Below, piece by piece: positions 47,924 to 57,619 of a stretch of DNA of 64,000 nucleotides. A program made the position numbers and the translations under genes. The notes below the pieces were generated by a model that saw nothing but the letters and a program-made list of their open reading frames with translations, was not told the origin of the DNA and did no database searches. The stretch spans positions 1 to 64,000 of the forward strand of contig CAVUKA010000006.1 of assembly GCA_963741945.1 (NCBI GenBank). Direction: 5' to 3'. Each line of letters opens with the position of its first letter. The first letter of the stretch is position 1. The DNA is from an uncultured Gemmatimonadales bacterium (GTDB lineage: Bacteria; Gemmatimonadota; Gemmatimonadetes; Longimicrobiales; RSA9).

Positions 47924-48944
47924 TCCCGTCCTGCCCGTCGATGCGGAGGATGCGGGTGGCGAGGGGGAGGGTGCTGATCTCCACGGACTTCCCCACCAGC
48001 GGTGCGTTCATGAGGTGGAGCTGACCGCCCACGCGGATGGCGAAGCCGGTGTGCGCCACGTCCAGCCCGGCAACGGTGCTGGTCATGGCGATGATGTCGC
48101 CATCGCGGATCCGGTCCGCCACCGCCGCCACCTGCTGCTGCGGGACGACGTAGCGCGGCTCTGAGCTCAGCTCCCGTTCCACCGCCCGGATCCTGGCCAC
48201 CCGCTCCGGGTGACCCACCAGCGGAGCGTAGGCCGCTGCGTGCGTGGACATGAAGTCGATCGGTCCGGTCACCGGCGAGCCACCGAGCTGGCGCGTGATG
48301 TCCCGAACGAGCCCCATCGCCTGGTTGTCCCGGATCCAATCGGTGAAATAGTGCAGGCGGCTCGCATAGCCGTCCAGCCGGCCGTTCCGGTACCGGATGA
48401 GCCGGAGCTGGTTGGTGAACGCTTCGAAGCCCGGGATATCGGCGCCCCGGCTGGCGCGGAGCACGCGGGCCAGCGCGAGCATGCTCTCCACGTACGTGAC
48501 GCAGTCGAACGTCCGCAGGTTGACCACCAGCCGTTCGGGCCCCGGCAGGTCCAGGGTGTGCGGCGTGTAGGGCGAGCCCACGAAGCGGCGCCCCAGCCTC
48601 GCGATGAGCGGTCCGATCGGCAGGGTGTCGATGGCCTCGGACCGTGCCCAGCGGACGGTGGCCTGGAAGATCTCCAGGTCGTCGGGCTCGTACACCACGT
48701 CGCCCCGGATGACGGCGTCCGGGTCGGCCCGCGGCGGCGGTGTCGGGGCCGTCGGACCGCCCATGACCCCGGTCCCGCTCTCGGCGCCGTACGCGCTGCT
48801 GTCCACGGGCACGGCGGCGGTGGAGCCGGTGCCCGGCTCCGGCGCCCTGTGGCCGCGGAGCGCCGGCAGGTTGGCGTAAACCAGCCAGGCGGCGAAGAGG
48901 GCGAGCCCCAGCGCTGCGGCGGCGAGTGCGTGCATCTTTCCCAT
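47901..48944 (-). CDS. DUF1460 N-acetylmuramoyl-L-alanine amidase-like protein
   Basis: 'FVGSPY','FDCVTYVE','RLHYFTDW','GLDVAHTG'. Confidence 0.85.
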   Translation of the reverse strand: MGKMHALAAAALGLALFAAWLVYANLPALRGHRAPEPGTGSTAAVPVDSSAYGAESGTGVMGGPTAPTPPPRADPDAVIRGDVVYEPDDLEIFQATVRWARSEAIDTLPIGPLIARLGRRFVGSPYTPHTLDLPGPERLVVNLRTFDCVTYVESMLALARVLRASRGADIPGFEAFTNQLRLIRYRNGRLDGYASRLHYFTDWIRDNQAMGLVRDITRQLGGSPVTGPIDFMSTHAAAYAPLVGHPERVARIRAVERELSSEPRYVVPQQQVAAVADRIRDGDIIAMTSTVAGLDVAHTGFAIRVGGQLHLMNAPLVGKSVEISTLPLATRILRIDGQDGIMVARPL

Positions 48945-49060
48945 GTGGTTCGGCCCGTGCAAGCAGTATTCCGGACGCGGCGCGTGGCCCGGCTTTGACA
49001 TCCCAGCCGCGACCGGGGATTTTTCGGTTTCCATGTCAGTCTCTGCGGCGGAAGACGCTC

Positions 49061-50749
49061 ATGCCTAAACGTACGGAAGCCGGCCTGCCGGTTCTGCGGA
49101 TGCGTCCGGTCCCCAAGGGCCGCACGTTCGATGTCGAAGCGCTGGACGAAGTCCAGGCCCTCCTCGGCGACGCGCCCCGTCGGCGCGACCTGCTGCTGGA
49201 GCACCTGCACCGGATCCAGGATGCCTACGGCCACCTCGCCGACCGGCACCTGCTGGCGCTGGCGAAGGAGATGTCGCTGAGCGCGGCCGAAGTATGGGAA
49301 GTGGCCACGTTCTATCACCACTTCGACGTTCTGAAGGATGGCGAGTCGCCTCCGCCGCCGCTCACGATCCGCGTGTGCGACTCCATCGCCTGCGAGATGG
49401 CGGGCTCCGCCGAGCTGCTGGCCGCGCTCCGGGATCGCCTGGGCGAACGGGTCCGCGTCATCAGCGCGCCGTGCATCGGTCGCTGCGACCGCGCCCCCGC
49501 CGCGTTCGTGGGCGACCACGCCGTGGACCACGCCACCGTGGATGCAGTGGAAGCGGTGGTGCTGACGGAGGACACGACGGCGCGGGCACCGGAGTACCGG
49601 GAGCTGGGAGAGTACCGCGCGTCCGGCGGCTACGAGATCCTGGCCGCGTGCGCCCGGGGTGAGCGGCCGCTGGAGAGCGTGCTGGGGGACGTGGGGACGG
49701 CGGGGCTGAAGGGGCTGGGCGGCGCCGGGTTCCCGTCGTCGCGGAAATGGGAGTTCGTGCGGGCGGAGCCGAAGCCGCGCATGGTGGTGGTGAACGCCGA
49801 CGAGGGGGAGCCGGGGACGTTCAAGGACCGGTTCATCCTGGAGACCGATCCCCACCGCATGCTGGAGGGTGCGCTGATCGCGGCATGGGCGGTGGAAGCG
49901 GACGCTGTCTACATCTACCTGCGCGACGAGTACCCGCACTGCCGGGCCATCCTCCAGGACGCCATTGAAGCGGTGCAGGCCGACCCCCCGTGCGCGTTGC
50001 CGGAGATCCACCTGCGGCGGGGCGCCGGCGCCTACATCTGCGGCGAGGAGACGGCGCTGATCGAATCGCTGGAAGGGAAGCGGGGTGAGCCACGCCTGCG
50101 TCCGCCCTTCCCGGCCCAGCGCGGCGTTTTCGGCCGCCCCACGCTGGTGCACAACGTGGAGACGCTCTACTGGATCCCGGAGATCCTGCGTCGCGGCGGC
50201 GACTGGTTCGCCGCCACCGGCCGCGAGGGGCACCCGGGGCAACGCTACTTCTCCGTCAGCGGACGGGTGCAGAAGCCGGGCGTCTACCTGGCGCCGAACG
50301 GTGTGACCGTGAAGGAGCTCATCGACGATTACGCCGGCGGGATGCTGGACGGCCACGCGTTCCACGCCTACCTCCCTGGCGGGGCCTCGGGCGGCATCCT
50401 TCCGGCCTCGCTGGGCGACATTCCGCTCGATTTCGGCGGCGCGCTGGGCGAGTACGGGTGCTTCGTGGGTTCCGGGGCCATCATCATCCTGTCGGACCGG
50501 GATTCCGCGAGAGCGGCTGCGGTGAACATCATGCGCTTCTTCGCCCACGAGTCGTGCGGCAAGTGCACGCCGTGCCGCGTGGGCACGGCGAAGGCCGTGG
50601 CGCTCATGGACGCGCCCGTGTGGGACCGCGCCCTGCTGGAGGAGCTGGGCGCCACCATGGCCGATGCGTCCATCTGCGGCCTGGGGCAGGCGGCACCGAA
50701 CGTGATCCGGCGGGTCGTGGAGCACTTCCCCGAGGAGCTTGAAGCATGA
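49061..50749 (+). CDS. NAD-linked formate dehydrogenase beta subunit (NuoE-NuoF fusion)
   Basis: 'EVATFYHHF','VCDSIAC','CIGRCD','GLGGAGFP','NADEGEPGTFKD','ESCGKCTPCR'. Confidence 0.9.
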   Translation: MPKRTEAGLPVLRMRPVPKGRTFDVEALDEVQALLGDAPRRRDLLLEHLHRIQDAYGHLADRHLLALAKEMSLSAAEVWEVATFYHHFDVLKDGESPPPPLTIRVCDSIACEMAGSAELLAALRDRLGERVRVISAPCIGRCDRAPAAFVGDHAVDHATVDAVEAVVLTEDTTARAPEYRELGEYRASGGYEILAACARGERPLESVLGDVGTAGLKGLGGAGFPSSRKWEFVRAEPKPRMVVVNADEGEPGTFKDRFILETDPHRMLEGALIAAWAVEADAVYIYLRDEYPHCRAILQDAIEAVQADPPCALPEIHLRRGAGAYICGEETALIESLEGKRGEPRLRPPFPAQRGVFGRPTLVHNVETLYWIPEILRRGGDWFAATGREGHPGQRYFSVSGRVQKPGVYLAPNGVTVKELIDDYAGGMLDGHAFHAYLPGGASGGILPASLGDIPLDFGGALGEYGCFVGSGAIIILSDRDSARAAAVNIMRFFAHESCGKCTPCRVGTAKAVALMDAPVWDRALLEELGATMADASICGLGQAAPNVIRRVVEHFPEELEA

Positions 50750-53700
50750 AGACGAACGGCGATGGGGGCGCGATCACGGGAGGACAGCGGCAGGCCGCCC
50801 GGTCCGATGCCGGCACCGCGGCGGACGGGATCCGGTTCACCCTGGACGGGCGCGAGATCGACGCGCTGCCGGACGAGAGCATCCTTCAGGCTGCCGAGCG
50901 CCACGGCGTGGCGGTGCCGCACCTCTGTTACACGGAGGGGATGCGGGTGGACGGGAACTGCCGGGCGTGCGTGGTGGAGATCGAGGGCGAGAGGGTGCTG
51001 GCCCCGTCGTGCCATCGCAAGCCCGCACCCGGCATGAAGGTCCACACCGCCAGTGAGCGGGCGCGCGCTTCGCAGAGGATGGTGCTCGAGCTGCTGCGCA
51101 GTGACATGCCGGACGAGCAGTACCGCGCCGATTCCGAGCTCGCGCTCTGGGTCGACCACCTGGACGTGGGAAGCGGCCGGTTCCCCCGCCGCCGACAGCC
51201 AGCGCCCGACGCGTCACACCCGGCCATTCTCGTGCGGCTGGACGCGTGCATCCAGTGCACCCGCTGCGTCCGTGCCTGCCGCGAAGTGCAGGTGAACGAC
51301 GTCATCGGCTATGCCGCCCGCGGCGCCGACGCCCACATCGTGTTCGACTTCGGCGACCCCATGGGCACCAGCACGTGCGTGGCATGCGGCGAGTGCGTGC
51401 AGGCGTGCCCCACGGGTGCGCTCATGCCGAAGAGCATCGTGGAGCCGGAGGCCGTGCTGTTCCCTGCGGACGAAGCGCTCTATGCCCCGGTCATGGCGGG
51501 GCCCGCGTCGCGCGAGGAAGAGGCCGTGGTGGCCGGAGCAGGGGTGGGCGACGGCGTGAACAGCGTCCCATCGCTCTGTCCGTACTGCGGCGTGGGCTGT
51601 CAGGTCACGTACCACGAGAAGGGCGGCCGCATCACCCACGTCACGGGGCGCGAGGGGCCGGCCAACCTGGGGCGCCTGTGCGTGAAGGGGCGGTTCGGGT
51701 TCGACTACGTGCACAACCGCCAGCGGCTGAGAAAGCCGCTGATCCGGCGCGAGGGCGTTCGCAAGCGCGCGGACGTGCTGGTGGACCCGACGGACTGGTC
51801 GAGCACGTTCCGCGAGGCGACGTGGGAGGAAGCGCTGGACGTGGCCGGGTCTGGGCTGAGGAGGATCCTGGACGAGCACGGCGGACAGGCGCTGGCGGGT
51901 TTCGGCTCGGCGAAGGGGAGCAACGAGGAGGCCTACCTCTTCCAGAAGCTCATCCGAGCGGGCTTCGGCACGAACAACGTGGACCACTGCACGCGGCTCT
52001 GCCACGCGTCGTCCGTCGCGGCGCTCATGGAGATGATCGGGTCGGGCGCGGTGTCGAACCCGTTCGCGGACGTGCAGTACTCCGATGTGTTCATCGTGAT
52101 CGGGTCGAACCCCACCGTGAACCACCCCGTGGCGGCCACGCTCATGAAGAACGCGGTGCAGCGAGGCGCCCGGCTGATCCACATGGATCCGCGCGCCACC
52201 GAGATCTCGCGCTTCGCGACGCACGCGTTCCAGTTCAATCCGGGCACCGACGTGGCGCTCCTCAACGCCATGCTCCACACCATCGTGGAAGAAGACCTGG
52301 TCGATCGGGACTTCATCGACACGCGCACGGACGGCTGGGACGCGTTCCGGGCCAACCTCACGGCGTACGCGCCGGAGGTCATGGAGCCGATCTGCGGGAT
52401 CCCGGCGGACGAGATCCGGGCCGCGGCCAGGCGTTACGCCACTGCGGACGCGGCCATGATCTTCTGGGGCATGGGCGTGGCCCAGCACACGCACGGCACC
52501 AACAACGCCCGCTGCCTCATCAACCTCGCGCTGATCACCGGACAGGTGGGGCGCCGAGGCGCGGGACTCCACCCGCTGCGCGGGCAGAACAACGTGCAGG
52601 GCGCTTCGGACATGGGGCTCATCCCCATTGTCTACCCCGACTACCAGAGCGTCACCGATCCGGTGGTGCGAGCCCGGTTCGAGGAGTTCTGGGGACGCGA
52701 GCTCGACCCGGACGTGGGCCTCACCGTGGTCGAGATCATGAACGCCGCGCTCCGCCGGGAGATCCGTGGCATGTACATCATGGGGGAGAACCCCGCCATG
52801 TCGGATCCGGACCTGGCGCACGTCCGCGAGGCGCTCGCCACCATGGACCACCTCGTGGTGCAGGAGATCTTCCTGACCGAGACCGCGTCGTTCGCCGATG
52901 TGATCCTCCCGGCAACCGCGTTCATGGAGAAGACGGGCACGTTCACGAACTCCGACCGCCGGGTCCAGCTCGGGCGCAAGGTGCTGGACCCGCCCGGAGA
53001 GGCGAAGCAGGACCTGTGGATCATCGAGGAGCTGGGCCGGCGCATCGGCATGGACTGGCAGTACGACGGTCCGGCCAGCGTGTGGGAGGAGATCCGGCAG
53101 TGTGCGCCCAGCATGGCCGGGATCACCTGGGACCGGCTCGAGCGCGAGCAGGCCGTGACCTACCCGTGCCGCAACGTGGGCGACCCCGGCACGGAAGTGC
53201 TCTTCGACGAGCGCTTCCCCACCGGCAACGGGCTGGGACACCTGAAGCCGGTCGACTACACGCCCGCCGCCGAGCTGCCGGACGACGAGTACCCCGACGT
53301 CCTCATCACGGGCCGCATCCTCGAGCACTGGCACACCGGCGCCATGACTCGCCGCGCGGAAGTGCTGGACGCCATCGAGCCCCTGCCCATGGTCTCCATG
53401 AACCCGGGCGACATGCGGGATCGTGGCCTCGAGGCCGCTGACACCGTGACGCTCGAGACTCGACGCGGTCACGTGGCCGCGCTCGTGCGCCTCGACCCGT
53501 CCATCCCCCGTGGCGCCGTGTTCCTCCCCTTCTGCTACGCGGAGGCGCCCGCCAACCTGATGACGAACCCGCAGCTCGACCCGGATGGCAAGATCCCGGA
53601 GTTCAAGTACTGCGCGGTCCGGGTCACGGCCGGGGGAACCGTCCGGCCGGTGGGATTCGCCGCGGCGTCGGTCGGGACCGGCGCCGGCCAGACGGACTAG
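50746..53700 (+). CDS. fdhF: Formate dehydrogenase alpha subunit (Cys-type Mo/W-bisPGD)
   Basis: N-terminal Fe-S domains; CPYCGVGC; 'NNVDHCTRLCH'; 'LRGQNNVQG'; 'PEFKYCAV'. Confidence 0.93.
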   Translation: MKTNGDGGAITGGQRQAARSDAGTAADGIRFTLDGREIDALPDESILQAAERHGVAVPHLCYTEGMRVDGNCRACVVEIEGERVLAPSCHRKPAPGMKVHTASERARASQRMVLELLRSDMPDEQYRADSELALWVDHLDVGSGRFPRRRQPAPDASHPAILVRLDACIQCTRCVRACREVQVNDVIGYAARGADAHIVFDFGDPMGTSTCVACGECVQACPTGALMPKSIVEPEAVLFPADEALYAPVMAGPASREEEAVVAGAGVGDGVNSVPSLCPYCGVGCQVTYHEKGGRITHVTGREGPANLGRLCVKGRFGFDYVHNRQRLRKPLIRREGVRKRADVLVDPTDWSSTFREATWEEALDVAGSGLRRILDEHGGQALAGFGSAKGSNEEAYLFQKLIRAGFGTNNVDHCTRLCHASSVAALMEMIGSGAVSNPFADVQYSDVFIVIGSNPTVNHPVAATLMKNAVQRGARLIHMDPRATEISRFATHAFQFNPGTDVALLNAMLHTIVEEDLVDRDFIDTRTDGWDAFRANLTAYAPEVMEPICGIPADEIRAAARRYATADAAMIFWGMGVAQHTHGTNNARCLINLALITGQVGRRGAGLHPLRGQNNVQGASDMGLIPIVYPDYQSVTDPVVRARFEEFWGRELDPDVGLTVVEIMNAALRREIRGMYIMGENPAMSDPDLAHVREALATMDHLVVQEIFLTETASFADVILPATAFMEKTGTFTNSDRRVQLGRKVLDPPGEAKQDLWIIEELGRRIGMDWQYDGPASVWEEIRQCAPSMAGITWDRLEREQAVTYPCRNVGDPGTEVLFDERFPTGNGLGHLKPVDYTPAAELPDDEYPDVLITGRILEHWHTGAMTRRAEVLDAIEPLPMVSMNPGDMRDRGLEAADTVTLETRRGHVAALVRLDPSIPRGAVFLPFCYAEAPANLMTNPQLDPDGKIPEFKYCAVRVTAGGTVRPVGFAAASVGTGAGQTD

Positions 53701-54347
53701 CCCGAGAGGCGGCGCTCGAGCCAGGCCACGGCATCCCGGATCTCGGCCGGCTGGATGCCGTGGCCCATGGCATAGTCCCGCGCTTCCAGGTCGGCGCCCG
53801 CGGCCCGGAGCGCGTCCCGCCCCCGCCGCGCCAGCGACAGCGGGATGGCTGGGTCCGCAGTCCCGTGACCCCAGAAGAACGCGGTGCCCGCCACCGTTGC
53901 GGGGCTCACCGTCACGGTCGGGTGAGCTGGCACGAAGCCGCTGAAGTTCATGACCGCCACCACATCGGCGGGGTGGCTGAGGGCGTAGCCCAGCGCCATG
54001 GCGCCGCCCTGGGAGAACCCCCCCAGGACCACGGGCCCCGGTCGGAAGCCGAGCGTCGCGTCCAGCGCGCCGAGCTGCTGCTCCAGTGACTCCTGTGACG
54101 CGCTGAACGTCGCCGCGTCCGGACGATCCTCGCCCTCGTACCGGTACCACGCCCAGCCCGGGCCGTACCCCCACGGCGCCCCCGGATGCGGCGCCTGTGG
54201 CAGCAGGAGCGCCATGGACGCGGGGAGCCACGGCCGGAGCGCGGCCAGGTCGGAGGCGTCGGCGCCGCGGCCGTGCATCAACACGAGCACCGTCGCGCCG
54301 TCCCCCGCCTCGCCAGCAAGCAGTTGAGTCGTGAGCTCGATTGCCAT
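53697..54347 (-). CDS. Phospholipase/carboxylesterase
   Basis: 'MHGRG','GGFSQGG','HGTADP','MGHGI'. Confidence 0.9.
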   Translation of the reverse strand: MAIELTTQLLAGEAGDGATVLVLMHGRGADASDLAALRPWLPASMALLLPQAPHPGAPWGYGPGWAWYRYEGEDRPDAATFSASQESLEQQLGALDATLGFRPGPVVLGGFSQGGAMALGYALSHPADVVAVMNFSGFVPAHPTVTVSPATVAGTAFFWGHGTADPAIPLSLARRGRDALRAAGADLEARDYAMGHGIQPAEIRDAVAWLERRLSG

Positions 54348-54356
54348 GGTGCGACG

Positions 54357-55688
54357 CTAGCCGCCGCCGTGGGCGGCGCCCTCCGTTTCCCGCCCCGTCA
54401 GGTCCGTGAACCGCACGGACGCACCCACGGCCAGGCGCTGGGCCAGGAAGGCGGCATCCCAGTTGGTGAGCCGAACGCAGCCGTGCGAGGTCACGTAGCC
54501 GATGGTTTCCGGCGCTTTCGTGCCGTGGATGCCGTAATGGGGCTTCGACAGCTGCATCCAGACCACGCCGACCGCGTTGTTCGGTCCCCCGGGCAGCATC
54601 GCGTCATCCTTGCTGGGGTCCTCGCCCGTGAGCAGCTTCGGCTGGTAATGCCATTTCGGGTCGAACGTGATCGACTTCACCGTGAAGCTCCCCGACGGGC
54701 TCGGCGCGTAGTTGGAGCCGAGGGTGGACGGGAAGTGGTACAGGAGCTTTCCGTCGGCGCCAAGGGCGTGCACGTAGTGACCGCCGTCGGAGATCACGAG
54801 TCGCGTCACTTCGCCACCACCGTGGTAGGCGCCATCCGGCAGATCCCCCGCGTGGAACGGGCGGACCGCCGGCACCTGGAGCGTCTGTCCCGCTTCGGCC
54901 GAGCTCAGGTCCACACCCGGGTTGAGCTGGCCGAGCAGCGCGGGCGTGCTGTGGAACACTTCGGCCAGCTTCTCCGGCAGGGACTCGTAGCAGAGGCACT
55001 CCTCATCCGCCCGCTGGTAGACATCTTCGGGCAGGTCCACGAACGGACCGGAAACATCGTCCGCCGTCAACTGGTGGGGCTCGACCTGCCGTTCGCCCGC
55101 CTGGCGCAGCAGCGCCTGGAACGTGGCCGAATCCACACTGCCCGTGGCATCCAGGCCGTGGTCCCGCTGGAACCAGTACACCGCTTTCTCGGTGTTCTTC
55201 CCCCACCGCCCGTCGATGATACCGGGGGAGAAGCGGGCCTGATCGAGCATGACCTGGACGCGTGCGACGGCCGGCCCCTCCACGTCACCGCCGATCGGAA
55301 ACGATGCCGGGCGCTCGTTCACCGCCCGGGGCGTGATGTCGTCCCAGACTTCACTGGCGACACCACCAGCGGTGCCCTCGGCCGCCGCCGCCCCGTGCTC
55401 GGGGCTGGTCGTGGAGCCGGCCAAGCCCACGGTGTCGCCGCGAGCGAATGGTCGCCAGGAGGAATCGAGGCGACCCTCCTCGAGCGCGGCGCTGTCGAGG
55501 TCGGGCCCGCCTTCGTCGAATGGATCGGCCACCGCAGTGGCGCGGTCGCCGATCTCCGCGCCGGCCGCCGCGGGCTGGGCCGCGACATTGGCCGATTGCG
55601 GATTGCGGGCGCCGGCGTCGCGGTCGGAGCCGCCGCACGCGGTGGTGATCACGAGCGCTCCGAGGAGCGCGGCGTGTATGTGCTTCAT
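54357..55688 (-). CDS. L,D-transpeptidase lipoprotein with peptidoglycan-binding domain
   Basis: Lipobox TTAC; 'IDGRWGKNT..FQ'; 'GIHGT..SHGCVRL'. Confidence 0.9.
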   Translation of the reverse strand: MKHIHAALLGALVITTACGGSDRDAGARNPQSANVAAQPAAAGAEIGDRATAVADPFDEGGPDLDSAALEEGRLDSSWRPFARGDTVGLAGSTTSPEHGAAAAEGTAGGVASEVWDDITPRAVNERPASFPIGGDVEGPAVARVQVMLDQARFSPGIIDGRWGKNTEKAVYWFQRDHGLDATGSVDSATFQALLRQAGERQVEPHQLTADDVSGPFVDLPEDVYQRADEECLCYESLPEKLAEVFHSTPALLGQLNPGVDLSSAEAGQTLQVPAVRPFHAGDLPDGAYHGGGEVTRLVISDGGHYVHALGADGKLLYHFPSTLGSNYAPSPSGSFTVKSITFDPKWHYQPKLLTGEDPSKDDAMLPGGPNNAVGVVWMQLSKPHYGIHGTKAPETIGYVTSHGCVRLTNWDAAFLAQRLAVGASVRFTDLTGRETEGAAHGGG

Positions 55689-55757
55689 GCTTCCTCTCCC
55701 TGTCGTCTCTGGTTTCGACAGGGAAGGGGGCAATCGGCGTGCCTGTACGCCGCGGGG

Positions 55758-57341
55758 TCAGCTCTGCCCGGTCTTGAGCTTCTCCACGTAGCCGAACAGC
55801 GCCGCCTGGCGCGCACCGCCCTGGCGGATCACGTCCAGGGCGCGGAGCAGTTGGACGTCGTTGTCCACGTCCCGCTCCTTCACATAGGCGTCCCCGAACG
55901 CGAGGCGCCCGACGCGGTCGGTGAGGATGCGATCGATGGAGGAGGAGCCGGCGTCGTAGACGGTGCGGTCGATCTTCACTCCCCGCGCTGTGAGCCGGCG
56001 ATACAGCTCGTCGCGCCACGCCTGCGTCACCTGGAAGTTGCGGTCAACGGTGCCCTTCAGCTCCGAGGCGTAGTCGAACACGGCGCCGTAGAAGTCGGGC
56101 GACGAGGGCGCGAGCGCCTTGAGCAGCGTCTGCTCGGCGGTGGTCAGCGTGTCGGCTTTCACTTCCAGGTCGGGCATGATCCCGCCACCGCCGTAGACGG
56201 TGCGTCCGGCGTCGGAGTGGTACGTGGGCCGCTGGTCGCGTCCGGCCGCGAAATGGGTGGAATCGTCCACCTCGACCAGCCGCCCGTTCTGGAGCACGCG
56301 CTCGCGGTGAATGCTGCGCCCGCTCGGCGTGTACCATTTCCCGGTGGTCATCTTGAGGACGTATCCGCCGTGCACGCGGTACGCCGTCTGGACCAGCCCC
56401 TTCCCGAACGACGTGGTCCCCACGATCACGGCCCGGTCGTGGTCCTGCAGCGCGCCCGCCACGATCTCGGACGCGGACGCGGAGCCGCCGTCCACCAGCA
56501 CGACCAGCGGGAGGTCCGCGGCGATCGGCACGTTGCGGTTCACGTAGTCCGTATCATCGCTCCCGCGCTCCCACTGCCGGGCGATCTCGGACGTCCTCGG
56601 AAGGAAGAGGCCGGCGATATCGACCGCCTGGTCCACGATCCCGCCCCCATTGCCGCGCAGGTCGAGCACGATCCCGCGGGCGCCCTCCTGCACGAGCTGC
56701 TGCACCGATGTCCGCACCTCCTGCGCGGCTGTCTCGTTGAACTGGAGCAGCGGCAGGTATCCCACGTCGTCTCCCAGCATCGTGGCGTACGGCACGGCGG
56801 GGATGCGGACCACGGCCCGCGTGATCTGCGCCCGGATCGGCTCCGGTGTGCCGTAGCGGAGGAAGTTCACGCGCACCACCGTGCCCGGCTCCCCCTTCAG
56901 TGCATTCGCCACCCGGTCCAGCGACCAGGCGCCCACCTCGTCTCCGTCGATGGCCAGGACGTGGTCCCCCACCTGCACGCCAATGCGCTCGGCGGGTGTG
57001 TTGGGGAACACGCGGGCCACCACGGCCGCGCCCTGCTGCGCCTCGATCAGCATGCCCACGCCCGCGTAGTGGCCCTCGTAGGCCACCTCGAACTCTTCCA
57101 TCTCCTCGGGACTGACCAGGTCGGCGTAGGGATCCTCGAGTCGATCGACGAGCCCCTCGGCGGCCCGCTCGTACACGTCGGAGACATCCAGCGTGTCGAC
57201 AAAACGGGTCGAGACGAGCGTGACCACGTCCCGGAAAAGGTTCGGCCCCGTCTGGTCCTTCGGGTCGGGGAGGATGAATCCGCCCAGCCCGAACGCGAAG
57301 GCGATGACTCCGACGAACCCGACCTTCTTCACGTGACGCAT
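55758..57341 (-). CDS. S41 family C-terminal processing peptidase
   Basis: PDZ; 'LDLRGNGGG','SASASEIVAGALQD','FGKGLVQ'. Confidence 0.92.
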   Translation of the reverse strand: MRHVKKVGFVGVIAFAFGLGGFILPDPKDQTGPNLFRDVVTLVSTRFVDTLDVSDVYERAAEGLVDRLEDPYADLVSPEEMEEFEVAYEGHYAGVGMLIEAQQGAAVVARVFPNTPAERIGVQVGDHVLAIDGDEVGAWSLDRVANALKGEPGTVVRVNFLRYGTPEPIRAQITRAVVRIPAVPYATMLGDDVGYLPLLQFNETAAQEVRTSVQQLVQEGARGIVLDLRGNGGGIVDQAVDIAGLFLPRTSEIARQWERGSDDTDYVNRNVPIAADLPLVVLVDGGSASASEIVAGALQDHDRAVIVGTTSFGKGLVQTAYRVHGGYVLKMTTGKWYTPSGRSIHRERVLQNGRLVEVDDSTHFAAGRDQRPTYHSDAGRTVYGGGGIMPDLEVKADTLTTAEQTLLKALAPSSPDFYGAVFDYASELKGTVDRNFQVTQAWRDELYRRLTARGVKIDRTVYDAGSSSIDRILTDRVGRLAFGDAYVKERDVDNDVQLLRALDVIRQGGARQAALFGYVEKLKTGQS

Positions 57342-57619
57342 GCGATCCCAAGGATGAGAGTGAAGGACCCCCCATGGCCTAACGCTACTACTCGGCACCG
57401 GCGCCGGCGTTCCGGGAGTCAATGGGGTTCAACAGTTTAAACGCACACGCGCGCGCTTTCCAGCCTCACGCAGTGTGCGACGTTGCGACAGGCCCGGGCC
57501 CGCGGCACGGATCGGCGCCCGCAGGTGCCCCCGCGACGCGTTTGACCGGGCCGCGTCCCCGCCCGACATTACTTTCCAAAAATCTGGCGAAGGAGGCAGA
57601 CGTTCCTACTCGCGACGAG

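Noticed and set aside
51980-52010. Selenocysteine in FDH
   Set aside because: The active-site motif is encoded with Cys codons (CTRLCH); no in-frame TGA
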